A stretch of 64,000 nucleotides of DNA from Betaproteobacteria bacterium (lineage in GTDB: Bacteria > Pseudomonadota > Gammaproteobacteria > Burkholderiales > SG8-39): positions 1,224 to 65,223 of the forward strand of contig JBBINV010000010.1 in the NCBI GenBank assembly GCA_037443705.1. Reading direction: 5' to 3'. The notes below the pieces were generated by a model, which was not told the origin of the DNA, did no database searches, and saw only the letters and a program-made list of their open reading frames with translations. Position numbers and translations under genes: made by a program. Positions 45,124 to 54,201 of the stretch are shown here, one piece after another (position 1 is the stretch's first letter; every line of letters starts with the position of its first letter).

Positions 45124-47301
45124 ATGGTCTCGGTCGTACGGCTCCATCCTCAATCGGGCGCCGCCGCGCTCGAGCCGCTCGCCGAAGGGCTCGAGGGCGA
45201 AGAGCGCGCGCTCCTCGCGCGAGCGCTCGAATTCGCCGAGCCGCTCTATGCGGGGCAGGTGCTCTCGACCGGCGAGCCGGTCTGGCCGCACGCGCTCGGG
45301 CTCGCCGCCGGCCTCGCGGCGGTCGGGCTCGACCCGGCGGCGCGCGTCGCGGGGCTGCTGTTCGCCGCGCCGAAGTTCCTGTACGGCACGGACACGTTGC
45401 GCGAGCGCTTCGGCGAGGAGGTCGCGGCGCTCGCCGCCGGCGTCGAGAAGCTGTACCGGCTTCGCGTGGCGACGCGTGGCAGCCCCGGCGAGCAGAACGA
45501 AATCCTGCGCAAGATGGTCCTCGGCATGGTCGAGGACGTGCGCGTGGTGCTGGTGCGGCTTGCCTCGCGCACGCAGACGCTGCGCTGGTTCGCGAAGAAC
45601 CCGCATCCCGAGCGCGCGGACTACGCGCGCGAGACGCTCGACATCTACGCGCCGCTCGCGAACCGCCTCGGCGTGTGGCAGCTCAAGTGGGAGCTGGAGG
45701 ACCTTTCGTTCCGGTTCCTCGAGCCCGACCTCTACCGGCGCATCGCGGCGAACCTGGAGGAAAAGCGCTTCGAGCGCGAGCGCTACATCCGCGAGGCGAT
45801 GGCGACGCTCGGGCGGGCCCTCGAGGCCCAGGGGCTGAAGGCGGAGATCGCGGGACGGCCCAAGCACATCTATTCCATCTGGAACAAGATGCGCGCCAAG
45901 GGCCTGGAGTTCTCCGAGGTGTACGACGTTCGCGCGCTGCGCGTCATCGTCGCGACCACACGCGACTGCTACGCCGCGCTCGGCGTGGTGCATGACCTCT
46001 GGCAGCCCATCCCGAAGGAGTTCGACGACTACATTTCGCGGCCGAAGGGCAATGCCTACCAGTCGCTGCACACGGCGGTGATCGGGCCCGGTGACAAGAC
46101 GCTGGAAGTGCAGATCCGCACCGAGGAAATGCACCGCCAGGCCGAGTACGGAATCGCCGCGCACTGGCGCTACAAGGAGACCGGAAAGCCCGCAAGATCG
46201 GAGAGCAGGTTCGACGAGAAGATCGCGTGGCTCCGGCAGCTCCTCGCGTGGCGCGACGAGATCGCCGAGGGCGCGGGCTGGGCACAGAAGACGCGCCAGG
46301 CGGCGCTCGACGACACCGTGTACGTGCTCACGCCGCAGGGCAAGGTGATCGACCTGCCCGCGGGCGCCACGCCCGTGGACTTCGCGTATGCGCTGCACAC
46401 CGATCTCGGGCATCGCTGCCGCGGCGCCAAGGTCGACGGGCAGCTCGTGCCGCTCGACACGGCCCTTAAGAGCGGGCAGCGCGTGGAGATCACGGTGGCG
46501 AAATCGGGCGGCCCGTCGCGCGACTGGCTCAATCCCGAGCGCGGGTTCCTGAAGAGCCACCGCGCGCGCCAGAAGGTGCGGCAGTGGTTCAACGCGCAGG
46601 CGCACGCCGAAACCGTGGCCGCGGGCCGCGCGGTCGTGGAGCGCGAGGCGAGGCGCGAGGGTGCGCTGCAGGCCGGGTTCGATCCGCTCGCGGCGAGGCT
46701 CGGCTTCGCCAGGACCGAGGACCTGTTCGCGGCGGTGGCGCGCGAGGAGGTGAACCTGCGCCAGATGCAGGCGGCGCTGCGGGAGCTTGCGGGGCTCGCG
46801 CAGGGGCCCGCCGCTGCGCCGGCCGGGGCGCAGGAGCGAAAGAGCAAGGCGCGCGGCGGCGAGAGTCCGATCCTGGTGGTCGGGATCGACCGCCTGCTCA
46901 CGCAGCTCGCCAGGTGCTGCAAGCCGGTCCCGCCCGATCCGATCCGCGGGTTCGTGACGCGCGGCAAGGGCGTCTCGATCCACCGCGAGGACTGCGCGAG
47001 CCTGAAGCGGCTGGCCGAGCGGCATCCGGAGCGCCTGATCGACTCGCAGTGGGGAGCGGTGGCGGGCGGCGCCTACGCCGTCGAGATGGCCGTCACCGCG
47101 AACGACCGGCAGGGGCTGCTGCGCGACGTGGGTGACGCGCTCGCGCGCGAGCGCATCAACGTCACCGCGGTACGCACGCAGAGCCGCGACGATCTCGCGT
47201 TCATGCGCTTTTCGTTCGATGTCGAGGACCTCGGGCAGCTCCGGCGCGCCATGGCGGCAGTACGCGAGGTCCAGGGGGTAATCCGCGTAGCACGGACCTG
47301 A
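45124..47301 (+). CDS. relA: GTP pyrophosphokinase, RelA/SpoT family ((p)ppGpp synthetase I)
   Basis: 725 aa with a degenerate HD region, synthetase 'GRPKHIYSIWNKM', 'YQSLHTAV', a TGS domain 'VYVLTPQGKVIDLPAGATPVDFAY', and a C-terminal ACT-like domain. Confidence 0.93.
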   Translation: MVSVVRLHPQSGAAALEPLAEGLEGEERALLARALEFAEPLYAGQVLSTGEPVWPHALGLAAGLAAVGLDPAARVAGLLFAAPKFLYGTDTLRERFGEEVAALAAGVEKLYRLRVATRGSPGEQNEILRKMVLGMVEDVRVVLVRLASRTQTLRWFAKNPHPERADYARETLDIYAPLANRLGVWQLKWELEDLSFRFLEPDLYRRIAANLEEKRFERERYIREAMATLGRALEAQGLKAEIAGRPKHIYSIWNKMRAKGLEFSEVYDVRALRVIVATTRDCYAALGVVHDLWQPIPKEFDDYISRPKGNAYQSLHTAVIGPGDKTLEVQIRTEEMHRQAEYGIAAHWRYKETGKPARSESRFDEKIAWLRQLLAWRDEIAEGAGWAQKTRQAALDDTVYVLTPQGKVIDLPAGATPVDFAYALHTDLGHRCRGAKVDGQLVPLDTALKSGQRVEITVAKSGGPSRDWLNPERGFLKSHRARQKVRQWFNAQAHAETVAAGRAVVEREARREGALQAGFDPLAARLGFARTEDLFAAVAREEVNLRQMQAALRELAGLAQGPAAAPAGAQERKSKARGGESPILVVGIDRLLTQLARCCKPVPPDPIRGFVTRGKGVSIHREDCASLKRLAERHPERLIDSQWGAVAGGAYAVEMAVTANDRQGLLRDVGDALARERINVTAVRTQSRDDLAFMRFSFDVEDLGQLRRAMAAVREVQGVIRVART

Positions 47302-47302
47302 G

Positions 47303-48124
47303 GTGAAGGACCTTCTCGCGAATCCGGTCGTGCAGTCGGGCGTCGCGCCGTTCGCGGCGGGACTCGCCGTCGCCGGACTGCTCATTCCGCTGCGCCTCGC
47401 GGGGCTCGCGGCCGGCGCCGGTTTTCTCGCGGCGGTGTGGCTGATCGGGAATTTCGGCTTCGCGCCGCTCACCGCGACCCGCAGGATCGTGGTGCTCGCG
47501 CTGGCCGCGCCGGTGCTCGGCGCGCTCGCGGATCTCGCGTTCAGGCCCACGAGGGCCACCGCGCCCGCGCTCGGCGCGATCTTCGGCGCCGCAGCGATCT
47601 GGGCGTTCTGGTCGGTGCTCTCGCAGAAGGATCTGCCGCAGGGGTTGGTCGCCGCCGCCGGCGTGGCGGCGCTGGTAGCCTGGATCGTCGCGTTCACCGC
47701 GTCGCTGCAAGGCGACTCCGTGCGCGCGGCAGCGGCGGGGCTCGCGCTCGGCGTGGGTACCGGGGTCGCCGCCGTCCTCGGCGCGTCCGCGCTCCTCGGC
47801 CAGTACGGACTGGCGCTCGGCTCAGCCTGCGGCGCGTTCCTGCTGCTCGTCATGGTCCTCGGCCGGCGCGTCGCCGCGGGTACGACGCTTGCGCTGAGCG
47901 CATCGGTGGCCGCGTCGCTTCTCGGCGCGGGCGCGCTGCTGCTCGCGCAGCTGCCCTGGACTGCGCTCGCGGCGCTCGCGCTCGTGCCCGTCGCCGTGCG
48001 CCTGCCGCTGCCGGAGAAATCGCCGGCATGGCTTCAGGCGATCGTCGCCTCGATCTATTCGCTCGCGCCGGCGGGAGCGGCCTGCTTCCTCGCGTGGCAG
48101 GCCGGCCGCGGCGCGGGCGCCTGA
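47303..48124 (+). CDS. Hypothetical polytopic membrane protein
   Basis: 273-aa Ala/Leu/Gly-rich ORF with several TM segments. GTG start lies 1 nt after the relA stop. Confidence 0.55.
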   Translation: MKDLLANPVVQSGVAPFAAGLAVAGLLIPLRLAGLAAGAGFLAAVWLIGNFGFAPLTATRRIVVLALAAPVLGALADLAFRPTRATAPALGAIFGAAAIWAFWSVLSQKDLPQGLVAAAGVAALVAWIVAFTASLQGDSVRAAAAGLALGVGTGVAAVLGASALLGQYGLALGSACGAFLLLVMVLGRRVAAGTTLALSASVAASLLGAGALLLAQLPWTALAALALVPVAVRLPLPEKSPAWLQAIVASIYSLAPAGAACFLAWQAGRGAGA

Positions 48125-48155
48125 TGTCTTTCACCTGCAAAGAGGAGAGTCCCGC

Positions 48156-48749
48156 ATGAAGACGAAGAAGACCGTTGCCTGCCTTGGCGTCGCCGTGCTC
48201 CCGCTCGGCGCGCTCGCTGCGCCCGAGATCTATACGATCGATCCGTACCACACCTACGCGCACTTCGAAGTCGATCACCTCGGCGTGTCGCGCATGCGTG
48301 GGCGCTTCGACAGGACGAGCGGCAGGTTCACGATCGACCGCGCGGCGAAGACCGGCTCCGTGGAGCTCGCGATCGAGACCGCCTCGCTCACGACCGGCGA
48401 CAACGACAAGGGCAGCCGCCCGCGCGCGCGCGACGAGCACCTGCGCGGCGCCGACTTCTTCAACGTTGCCGAGTTCCCGCGCATGACCTTCAAGTCGACC
48501 GGCGTCAAGTTCTCGGGCGACAGCCCCGCGGAGATAACGGGCCAGCTGACGCTCCTCGGTGTCTCCAGGCCCCTCACGATCAAGGTCACGCGCTGGGTGT
48601 GCAAGGACAACCCGATGAACAGGCGCCCGATGTGCGGCGGCAACGGCGCCGGGGCGCTCAAGCGCTCGGATTTCGGGATGAAGTACGGCATCCCGGCGGT
48701 CGGCGACGAGCTCGATCTGTTCTTCGAGTTCGAGGGCTACCGGGACTAG
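48156..48749 (+). CDS. yceI: YceI family (polyisoprenoid-binding) periplasmic protein
   Basis: Signal peptide plus 'YTIDPYHTYAHFEVDHLGVSRMRGRF' and 'EHLRGADFFNVAEFPRMTF'. Confidence 0.9.
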   Translation: MKTKKTVACLGVAVLPLGALAAPEIYTIDPYHTYAHFEVDHLGVSRMRGRFDRTSGRFTIDRAAKTGSVELAIETASLTTGDNDKGSRPRARDEHLRGADFFNVAEFPRMTFKSTGVKFSGDSPAEITGQLTLLGVSRPLTIKVTRWVCKDNPMNRRPMCGGNGAGALKRSDFGMKYGIPAVGDELDLFFEFEGYRD

Positions 48750-48787
48750 CGACCGCGCGCGCCGCACCGTTTGCCCCGGTTTGATGG

Positions 48788-48807
48788 GTCCCCGCTTTCG
48801 CGGGGAC
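48788..48807. repeat. REP-like hairpin GTCCCCGC-TTTC-GCGGGGAC (bidirectional terminator between yceI and dgkA)
   Basis: Perfect 8-bp stem. It is the reverse-orientation member of the family seen at 20386. Confidence 0.6.
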
Positions 48808-48821
48808 TGCGACCCGGTTTC

Positions 48822-49196
48822 CTACCCCAAGAGAACCAGCAGCCACACGGCAGCTACGGTGACGAGCGAGAGCATCACCGCGGCGCTGCCGAGATCCTTG
48901 GCGCGCTTGGCGAGACGGTGCTCGTCCAGGGAAATCCGGTCCACGGTCGCTTCGACCGCGGAATTGACGAGCTCCACGACGAGCACGAGCAGCACGCTCC
49001 CCGCGAGCAGCGCGCGTTCCACGCCGTTGCCGCCCAGATAAAGCCCCAGCGGCACGAGCACTGCGGCGAGGATCAGCTCCTGGCGGAACGCGTCTTCGTG
49101 GCGCGCGGCCTCTGCGAAGCCCTCGAGCGAATAGCGCGTGGCGTCGATCAGGCGCGGCAGCCCGGTCCTGCCCTTGCGCGGGCTTGCGCCGGTCAC
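48822..49196 (-). CDS. dgkA: Diacylglycerol kinase DgkA
   Basis: 124 aa from GTG 49196 (GTGA overlap with the ppk stop). 'RLIDATRYSLEGFAEAARHEDAFRQE...VELVNSAVEATVDRIS...AKDLGSAAV'. Confidence 0.85.
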   Translation of the reverse strand: MTGASPRKGRTGLPRLIDATRYSLEGFAEAARHEDAFRQELILAAVLVPLGLYLGGNGVERALLAGSVLLVLVVELVNSAVEATVDRISLDEHRLAKRAKDLGSAAVMLSLVTVAAVWLLVLLG

Positions 49197-51319
49197 GCGA
49201 CGCCCGGCATTTCGGCGGCGAGCCTGGCGGCGGCCGACCACGAGGTGGCGGCGAGCGCCTGGAGGAGCTCGTCCTGCGCCGAGCGGCCGCGGCCGCGGCG
49301 CGCCGGCCGCTCGTAGCTGCCCTCCGCGTTCATCACCCAGGTCTGCGCGGTGTCTTCCAGGTACGCCTGCAGGCCCTCCTTCACGACGCGGGCTTTCAGC
49401 GCCGGATCGAGCACCGGGAAGGCGAGCTCGATGCGGCGGAAGAAATTGCGGTCCATCCAGTCCGCGCTCGCGAGCCAGACGTCCTCGGCGCCGTCGTTCT
49501 GGAAGTAGAACACGCGCGTGTGCTCGAGGAACCGGCCCACCGTCGAGCGCACCCGGATGTTGTCCGAGAGGCCCGCGATCCCGGGCCGCAGCGCGCACAC
49601 GCCGCGCACGATGAGGTCGATCTGCACCCCGGCCTGCGAGGCCGCGTACAGCTCTTCGATCAGCTCGGGCTCGAGCAGCGCGTTCATCTTCGCGATGATG
49701 CGCGCGGGCTTGCCCTCTTTTGCGAGCCGCGCCTCGTTTCGCACCGCGGCGAGCACGCGCCGGTGCAGCGTGAAGGGCGAGATCCACAGGTGCTTCATCC
49801 GGCTCGCGCGCCCCAGGCCCGTCAGCTGCTTGAACAGCTCGTTCACGTCCGAGCACATCTCCTCGTTCGCGGTGAGCAGCCCGAAATCGGTGTACTGGCG
49901 CGCGGTCCGCGGATGGTAGTTGCCGGTCGCGAGGTGCGCGTAGCGCCTGAGCGCCGGGCCCTGCGGCGTGTCCTCGCGCCGCACCACGAGAGCCATCTTG
50001 GCGTGCGTCTTGTGCCCGACCACGCCGTAGATGACGTGCGCGCCGACTTCCTCGAGGCGCGACGCCCACGCGATGTTCACCTCCTCGTCGAAGCGCGCGA
50101 GGAGCTCGAGCACCACGGTCACTTCCTTTCCGAGCCGCGCCGCGGCGATCAGGATCTCCATCAGCTCCGAGTCGGTGCCGGTGCGATACACGGTCTGCTT
50201 GATCGCGATCACGCGCGGATCGGTGACCGCGGTGCGGATGAACTCGATCACCGGGACGAACGACTGGTAGGGATGGTGCAGGAGCACGTCGCCGGTGCCG
50301 AGCGCCGCGTAGACGTCGCGATTGCGCACCAGCGGCTCCGGGAGCCCGGCCTGGAAAGGCGGGTACTTGAGGTCCGCGCGGTCGACCTGGTCGTACACCT
50401 CGCGCAGCCGGTACAGGTTCACCGGGCCGTCCACCCGGTAGAGATCGGCCTCGCCGAGCCCGAACTGCTGGAGCAGGAACTCGCACGTGCCCGGCGAGCA
50501 GCTCTCGGCGACCTCGAGCCGGACCGCGTCGCCGAAGTGCCGGTGGAGCAGCTCGCCCTGCACCGCGATCCGCAGGTTCTTGATCTCCTCTTCGTCCACG
50601 AAGAGGTCGGAGTTGCGCGTGACGCGGAACTGGTGGCAACCCTGCACCTGCATTCCGGCGAACAGCTCGTCCATGTGCGCATGAAGGATCGAGGACAGGA
50701 ACACGAACGCGTAGGGCGTTCCCGCGACCTCGGCCGGGAGCCGGATCACGCGCGGCAGCGCGCGCGGCGCCTGCACGATCGCGGCGCGCGATTTCCGCCC
50801 GAAGGCGTCGCGGCCCTCCAGCTCGATCGCGAAGTTGAGGCTCTTGTTGAGCACCCTGGGAAACGGATGCGCCGGGTCGAGGCCGATCGGCGTCAGCACC
50901 GGCAGGAGCTCGCGGAAGAAGTACTCGCGCACCCAGGCGCGCTGCGAGTCGGTCCAGGCCTCGCGCTTCGGGAAGATCACGCCCTCGCGCGCAGCCGCAG
51001 GCAGGAGCACCTCGTTCAGCAGCCGGTACTGCTCCGCGACCAGCGCGTGCGCCTGCGCCGAGACGAGCGCAAACACCTCTCCCGGACTGCGTCCGTCGGG
51101 GCCGGACTCCTTCACGCCGAGCTTGATCTGCTCCTTGAGGCCCGCGACGCGGATCTCGAAAAACTCGTCGAGGTTGGACGAGACGATGGTGAGGAAGCGC
51201 AGGCGCTCGAGCAGCGGCACCGAGTCGTCGGCGGCCTGCGCGAGCACGCGCCGGTTGAACTCCAGGAGCCCCAGCTCGCGGTTCAGGAAGTGCGAAGGGA
51301 CGAGCCCCTTCTTGCTCAT
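49193..51319 (-). CDS. ppk: Polyphosphate kinase 1
   Basis: 708 aa with 'FLNRELGLLEFNRRVL', 'FLTIVSSNLDEFFEIRV', and the PLD-like C-domain 'GHKTHAKMALVVR'. Confidence 0.96.
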   Translation of the reverse strand: MSKKGLVPSHFLNRELGLLEFNRRVLAQAADDSVPLLERLRFLTIVSSNLDEFFEIRVAGLKEQIKLGVKESGPDGRSPGEVFALVSAQAHALVAEQYRLLNEVLLPAAAREGVIFPKREAWTDSQRAWVREYFFRELLPVLTPIGLDPAHPFPRVLNKSLNFAIELEGRDAFGRKSRAAIVQAPRALPRVIRLPAEVAGTPYAFVFLSSILHAHMDELFAGMQVQGCHQFRVTRNSDLFVDEEEIKNLRIAVQGELLHRHFGDAVRLEVAESCSPGTCEFLLQQFGLGEADLYRVDGPVNLYRLREVYDQVDRADLKYPPFQAGLPEPLVRNRDVYAALGTGDVLLHHPYQSFVPVIEFIRTAVTDPRVIAIKQTVYRTGTDSELMEILIAAARLGKEVTVVLELLARFDEEVNIAWASRLEEVGAHVIYGVVGHKTHAKMALVVRREDTPQGPALRRYAHLATGNYHPRTARQYTDFGLLTANEEMCSDVNELFKQLTGLGRASRMKHLWISPFTLHRRVLAAVRNEARLAKEGKPARIIAKMNALLEPELIEELYAASQAGVQIDLIVRGVCALRPGIAGLSDNIRVRSTVGRFLEHTRVFYFQNDGAEDVWLASADWMDRNFFRRIELAFPVLDPALKARVVKEGLQAYLEDTAQTWVMNAEGSYERPARRGRGRSAQDELLQALAATSWSAAARLAAEMPGVA

Positions 51320-51354
51320 TGCCGGCTCTCCTTGCGAATGCTAATTTTACTCCG

Positions 51355-52872
51355 ATGGCGCGCCCCGAAGTCCTCGCCGCGGTCGACCTCGGCTCGAACA
51401 GCTTTCACCTGCAGGTAGGGCGCGCGGTCGAGGGTCAGATCTATCCGCTCGATGCGCTGCGCGATGTCGTGCGCCTGGGGGCAGGGCTGACCGCCGACAA
51501 GCGCATCGACCGTGCCACGCAGGCGAAAGCGCTCGAGACCCTGTCGCGCTTCGGCGAGCGCCTGCGCGGTCTTCCCCCGCGCGCGGTGCGCGCGGTGGGC
51601 ACCAACACGCTGCGCGTGGCGAAGAACGCGTCTGCGTTCCTGCGCGAGGCGCGCGCCGCGCTCGGCTTCCCGATCGAGGTGATCTCGGGGCGCGAGGAGG
51701 CGCGCCTGATCTACCTGGGCGTCGCGCATTCGCTGCCGCCCGCACCGCACCGGCGCCTGGTGGTCGACATCGGCGGCGGCTCGACCGAGTTCATCATCGG
51801 CTCGGGGCTCGAGCCGCGCCTGACCGAATCGCTCTACATGGGTTGCGTGAGCTGGAGCCTCAAGCACTTTCCGGAAGGGCGGGTGGACAAGGCGCACATG
51901 AAGGCGGCCGAGCTCGCGGCGCGCCAGGAACTCTCGGGCATTGCGCACGAGTACCGCGCGCAGGGCTGGGACGAGGCGGTCGGCTCCTCGGGGACGGCGC
52001 GCGCGATCGAGGCGATCCTGCGCGAGAACGGCTACTCGGAATCGGGAATCACGCGCGAGGGGCTCGAGCGCCTGAGGGGCCTGCTCATCAAGCACGAGCG
52101 CGCCGATCCCGACGAAATAAGGGGCCTGCGCGAGAACCGCGCGCCGGTGCTCCCGGGCGGCGTCGCGATCCTCGGCGCGGTGCTCGAGGAGCTCGGGATC
52201 GAGTCGATGGCGGTATCGGACGGGGCGCTGCGGCACGGCGTGCTCTACGACCTGCTCGGGCGCGTGCAGCACCGCGACATGCGCGAGGCGACCGTCGCCC
52301 AGTTCATGCGGCGCTATCACGTGGATGCCGTGCAGGCGGAGCGGGTGAGGGCCCTCGCGCTGAAGATCTACGACGGCCTTGCGCCCGGGGAAGAGCGCGA
52401 CGACGATCCCGACCGCCTGATGCTCGACTGGGCGGCGCGCCTCGCCGAGACCGGGCTCTCGATCGCGCACGCGCAATACCACAAGCACTCGGCCTACGTG
52501 CTCTCGAACGCCGACATGCCGGGTTTCTCGCGCATGGAGCAGCAGCGGCTGGCGCGCATCGTGCTCGCGCACCGCGGCAAGCTCGGCAAGGTGCAGGACG
52601 CGGGGCTGGAGGCGCGCGACTGGATGCTCGTGTTCGCGCTGCGCCTGGCCACCCTGGTCCTGCGGAGCCGCACCGACGTCAGGTTTCCGCTGCTGCGCGT
52701 CTCCGCGGATGACGCCGGGTTCGCGCTCGCGCTGCCGCAGGCCTGGCTCGAGGAGAACCCGCTCACGGCCGATGCGCTCGAGTCCGAAGCCGGCCACTGG
52801 AAGGCGGTGGGTATGAAGTTCGCGGCGAGCGCGCTCTCCGACAGGAAGGTGGCGGCGCTCAAGCGCGCCTAG
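51355..52872 (+). CDS. ppx: Exopolyphosphatase Ppx/GppA
   Basis: ATG 51355 'MARPEVLAAVDLGSNSFHLQVGR', 'VVDIGGGSTEF', and an HD-like C-terminal domain. The track TTG 51319 would abut the ppk start and is rejected. Confidence 0.92.
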   Translation: MARPEVLAAVDLGSNSFHLQVGRAVEGQIYPLDALRDVVRLGAGLTADKRIDRATQAKALETLSRFGERLRGLPPRAVRAVGTNTLRVAKNASAFLREARAALGFPIEVISGREEARLIYLGVAHSLPPAPHRRLVVDIGGGSTEFIIGSGLEPRLTESLYMGCVSWSLKHFPEGRVDKAHMKAAELAARQELSGIAHEYRAQGWDEAVGSSGTARAIEAILRENGYSESGITREGLERLRGLLIKHERADPDEIRGLRENRAPVLPGGVAILGAVLEELGIESMAVSDGALRHGVLYDLLGRVQHRDMREATVAQFMRRYHVDAVQAERVRALALKIYDGLAPGEERDDDPDRLMLDWAARLAETGLSIAHAQYHKHSAYVLSNADMPGFSRMEQQRLARIVLAHRGKLGKVQDAGLEARDWMLVFALRLATLVLRSRTDVRFPLLRVSADDAGFALALPQAWLEENPLTADALESEAGHWKAVGMKFAASALSDRKVAALKRA

Positions 52873-52877
52873 ATCGA

Positions 52878-53155
52878 TCAAAGAAAGTCGGGCGACGTGA
52901 CCGCGCGCACGACGACTTCGGTCTTCCCCTCCTTCTCGCGCCGCGCGATCCACCACAGCCCCCCTTTCTTGATGCTCACCTCCAGCTCCGCGCCGGCTCC
53001 GCCGGGCTCGCATAGAGCGCGAACTTCGCGGGCAGGCGCTGCTGCAGCCAGGACGCCACCCACGCCGCCTGCTTCTGGCCCTTGGAGGTGAGCTTTCGCT
53101 CGACGTGGTCCTCGCCGGGCGCCGCTTCGGCGTGGCGCCACAGGACGAGCTCCAT
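52878..53155 (-). pseudogene. Decayed phosphohistidine phosphatase SixA-like gene (frameshift plus internal deletion)
   Basis: The N-terminus 'MELVLWRHAEAAPGEDHVERKLTSKGQKQAAWVASWLQQRLPAKFALYASPA' ends at a stop (track ORF 52976..53170). The typical C-terminus 'SIKKGGLWWIARREKEGKTEVVVRAVTSPDFL' lies in another frame (52878..53141). The sum is about 90 aa versus about 150-160 aa for intact SixA. Confidence 0.6.
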
Positions 53156-53204
53156 GCGCATGGGTTGCAAGCTAGCGTCGCCGTGTTACGAATCCGTGAC
53201 GGCG

Positions 53205-53234
53205 TTGAGCGGGAACCGCCGCGTGCGATAGAAT
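53205..53234 (+). promoter_or_regulatory. Putative sigma70 promoter of tRNA-Val
   Basis: TTGAGC (53205-53210), an 18-nt spacer, then TAGAAT (53229-53234), 12 nt upstream of the mature tRNA 5' end. Confidence 0.5.
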
Positions 53235-53246
53235 CCGATCCTTCGC

Positions 53247-53323
53247 AGGCGCGTAGCTCAGCTGGTTAGAGCACTACCTTGACATGGTAGGGGTCGTTGG
53301 TTCGAGTCCAATCGCGCCTACCA
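53247..53323 (+). tRNA. tRNA-Val (anticodon GAC)
   Basis: Hand-folded cloverleaf. Acceptor AGGCGCG/CGCGCCT, D-arm GCTC-AGCTGGTTA-GAGC, anticodon arm CTACC-TTGACAT-GGTAG, and T-arm GTTGG-TTCGAGT-CCAAT. Discriminator A, with CCA encoded. Confidence 0.93.
53279..53323 (+). repeat. Direct repeat copy 1 (attL-like): 3' 45 nt of tRNA-Val
   Basis: TTGACATGGTAGGGGTCGTTGGTTCGAGTCCAATCGCGCCTACCA is identical to 54202-54246. Confidence 0.9.
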
Positions 53324-53412
53324 CACCCCCTCAAGCACATACGTTGAAACGGTAACCTCTGCCGGGCGCAGAGAGCGGCAAGCGCCGGTGACCAAGGCTT
53401 GCCTCGCGTAGC

Positions 53413-53859
53413 ATGAGGGCCATGCTGCCTCCCTTCGCCGCGAACGGCGACCTTCCGCCAGGGATCCATCTCGCTGGTTGGAGCGAGATCGAGCGGCGGT
53501 TCGGCGCCGGTACCGGGTCGCGCGTGAATGCCTACGCGAAGATTCGGCATTTGTATGAACTTGCCGAGCGAACCGGGCGGCTGGAGCGGTTCTTGGTGTT
53601 CGGGAGTTTCGTTTCATCGGCTGTCGATCCGCGGGACGTGGATATCGTCCTGGTGATGACTGCCGATTTCCGGCTGGAGGAGGCGCCCCGCGAGTCGCGC
53701 ACGCTGTTCTCGCACCCGGATGCCGAGGCGCGGTTCGGGGCGAGTGTGTTCTGGGTGCGTCAGGGGATGCTCGACGAGGCCCAGATGCAGGAGTTCCTCG
53801 AGACGTGGCAAACTAAGCGCGACGGGACCAGGCGCGGACTACTGGAGGTCATGCCGTGA
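53413..53859 (+). CDS. Minimal Pol-beta-fold nucleotidyltransferase (DUF6932-like)
   Basis: 148 aa with N-terminus 'LPPFAANGDLPPGIHLAGWSEIERRFG', and nucleotidyltransferase motif 'FLVFGSFVSSAVDPRDVDIVLVM' (GS...DxD). Confidence 0.65.
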   Translation: MRAMLPPFAANGDLPPGIHLAGWSEIERRFGAGTGSRVNAYAKIRHLYELAERTGRLERFLVFGSFVSSAVDPRDVDIVLVMTADFRLEEAPRESRTLFSHPDAEARFGASVFWVRQGMLDEAQMQEFLETWQTKRDGTRRGLLEVMP

Positions 53860-54062
53860 TCCGTAACGACCAGGAATTGGCGGTTTCGCGCGAGCGCCTC
53901 GCCAAGCTCGAGCGCACGCTTGAGACGCTCCGCAAGTCGGCGCGGCCGGAGGAATGGCCGGAGCTGAGCTCGGGCTATCGTCTGGAGATCGAGCGCATGC
54001 AGGGCGAGATCCTCGACTACCTGGTGCAGAACGCGCCGCGGCGCGAGGGCGCGCCGGCCTGA
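53856..54062 (+). CDS. Small helical protein (68 aa), partner of the nucleotidyltransferase
   Basis: GTG 53856 overlaps the nucleotidyltransferase stop (GTGA). The coiled-coil-like sequence is 'MIRNDQELAVSRERLAKLERTLETLRKS...RLEIERMQGEILDYL'. Confidence 0.5.
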   Translation: MIRNDQELAVSRERLAKLERTLETLRKSARPEEWPELSSGYRLEIERMQGEILDYLVQNAPRREGAPA

Positions 54063-54201
54063 TCGCGCGCGCTCGCTGCGGCCCCGAGTGGGTACACCTA
54101 TGGGGCCAATCCTGTCGCTTTCTGGCATCTGCGGTCGTCCCGGTCCGGAGCCGGGTAGCGCAAAATATTGATTCGGAACGACCGCATTGCCAAGTGCGCG
54201 A

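Noticed and set aside
51319-51354. Track start (TTG 51319) for ppx, giving 'MPALLANANFTP' before MARPEV.
   Set aside because: It would place the ppx start on the same nucleotide as the divergent ppk start codon. ATG 51355 gives the canonical Ppx N-terminus (AAVDLGSNSFHL about 10 residues in).
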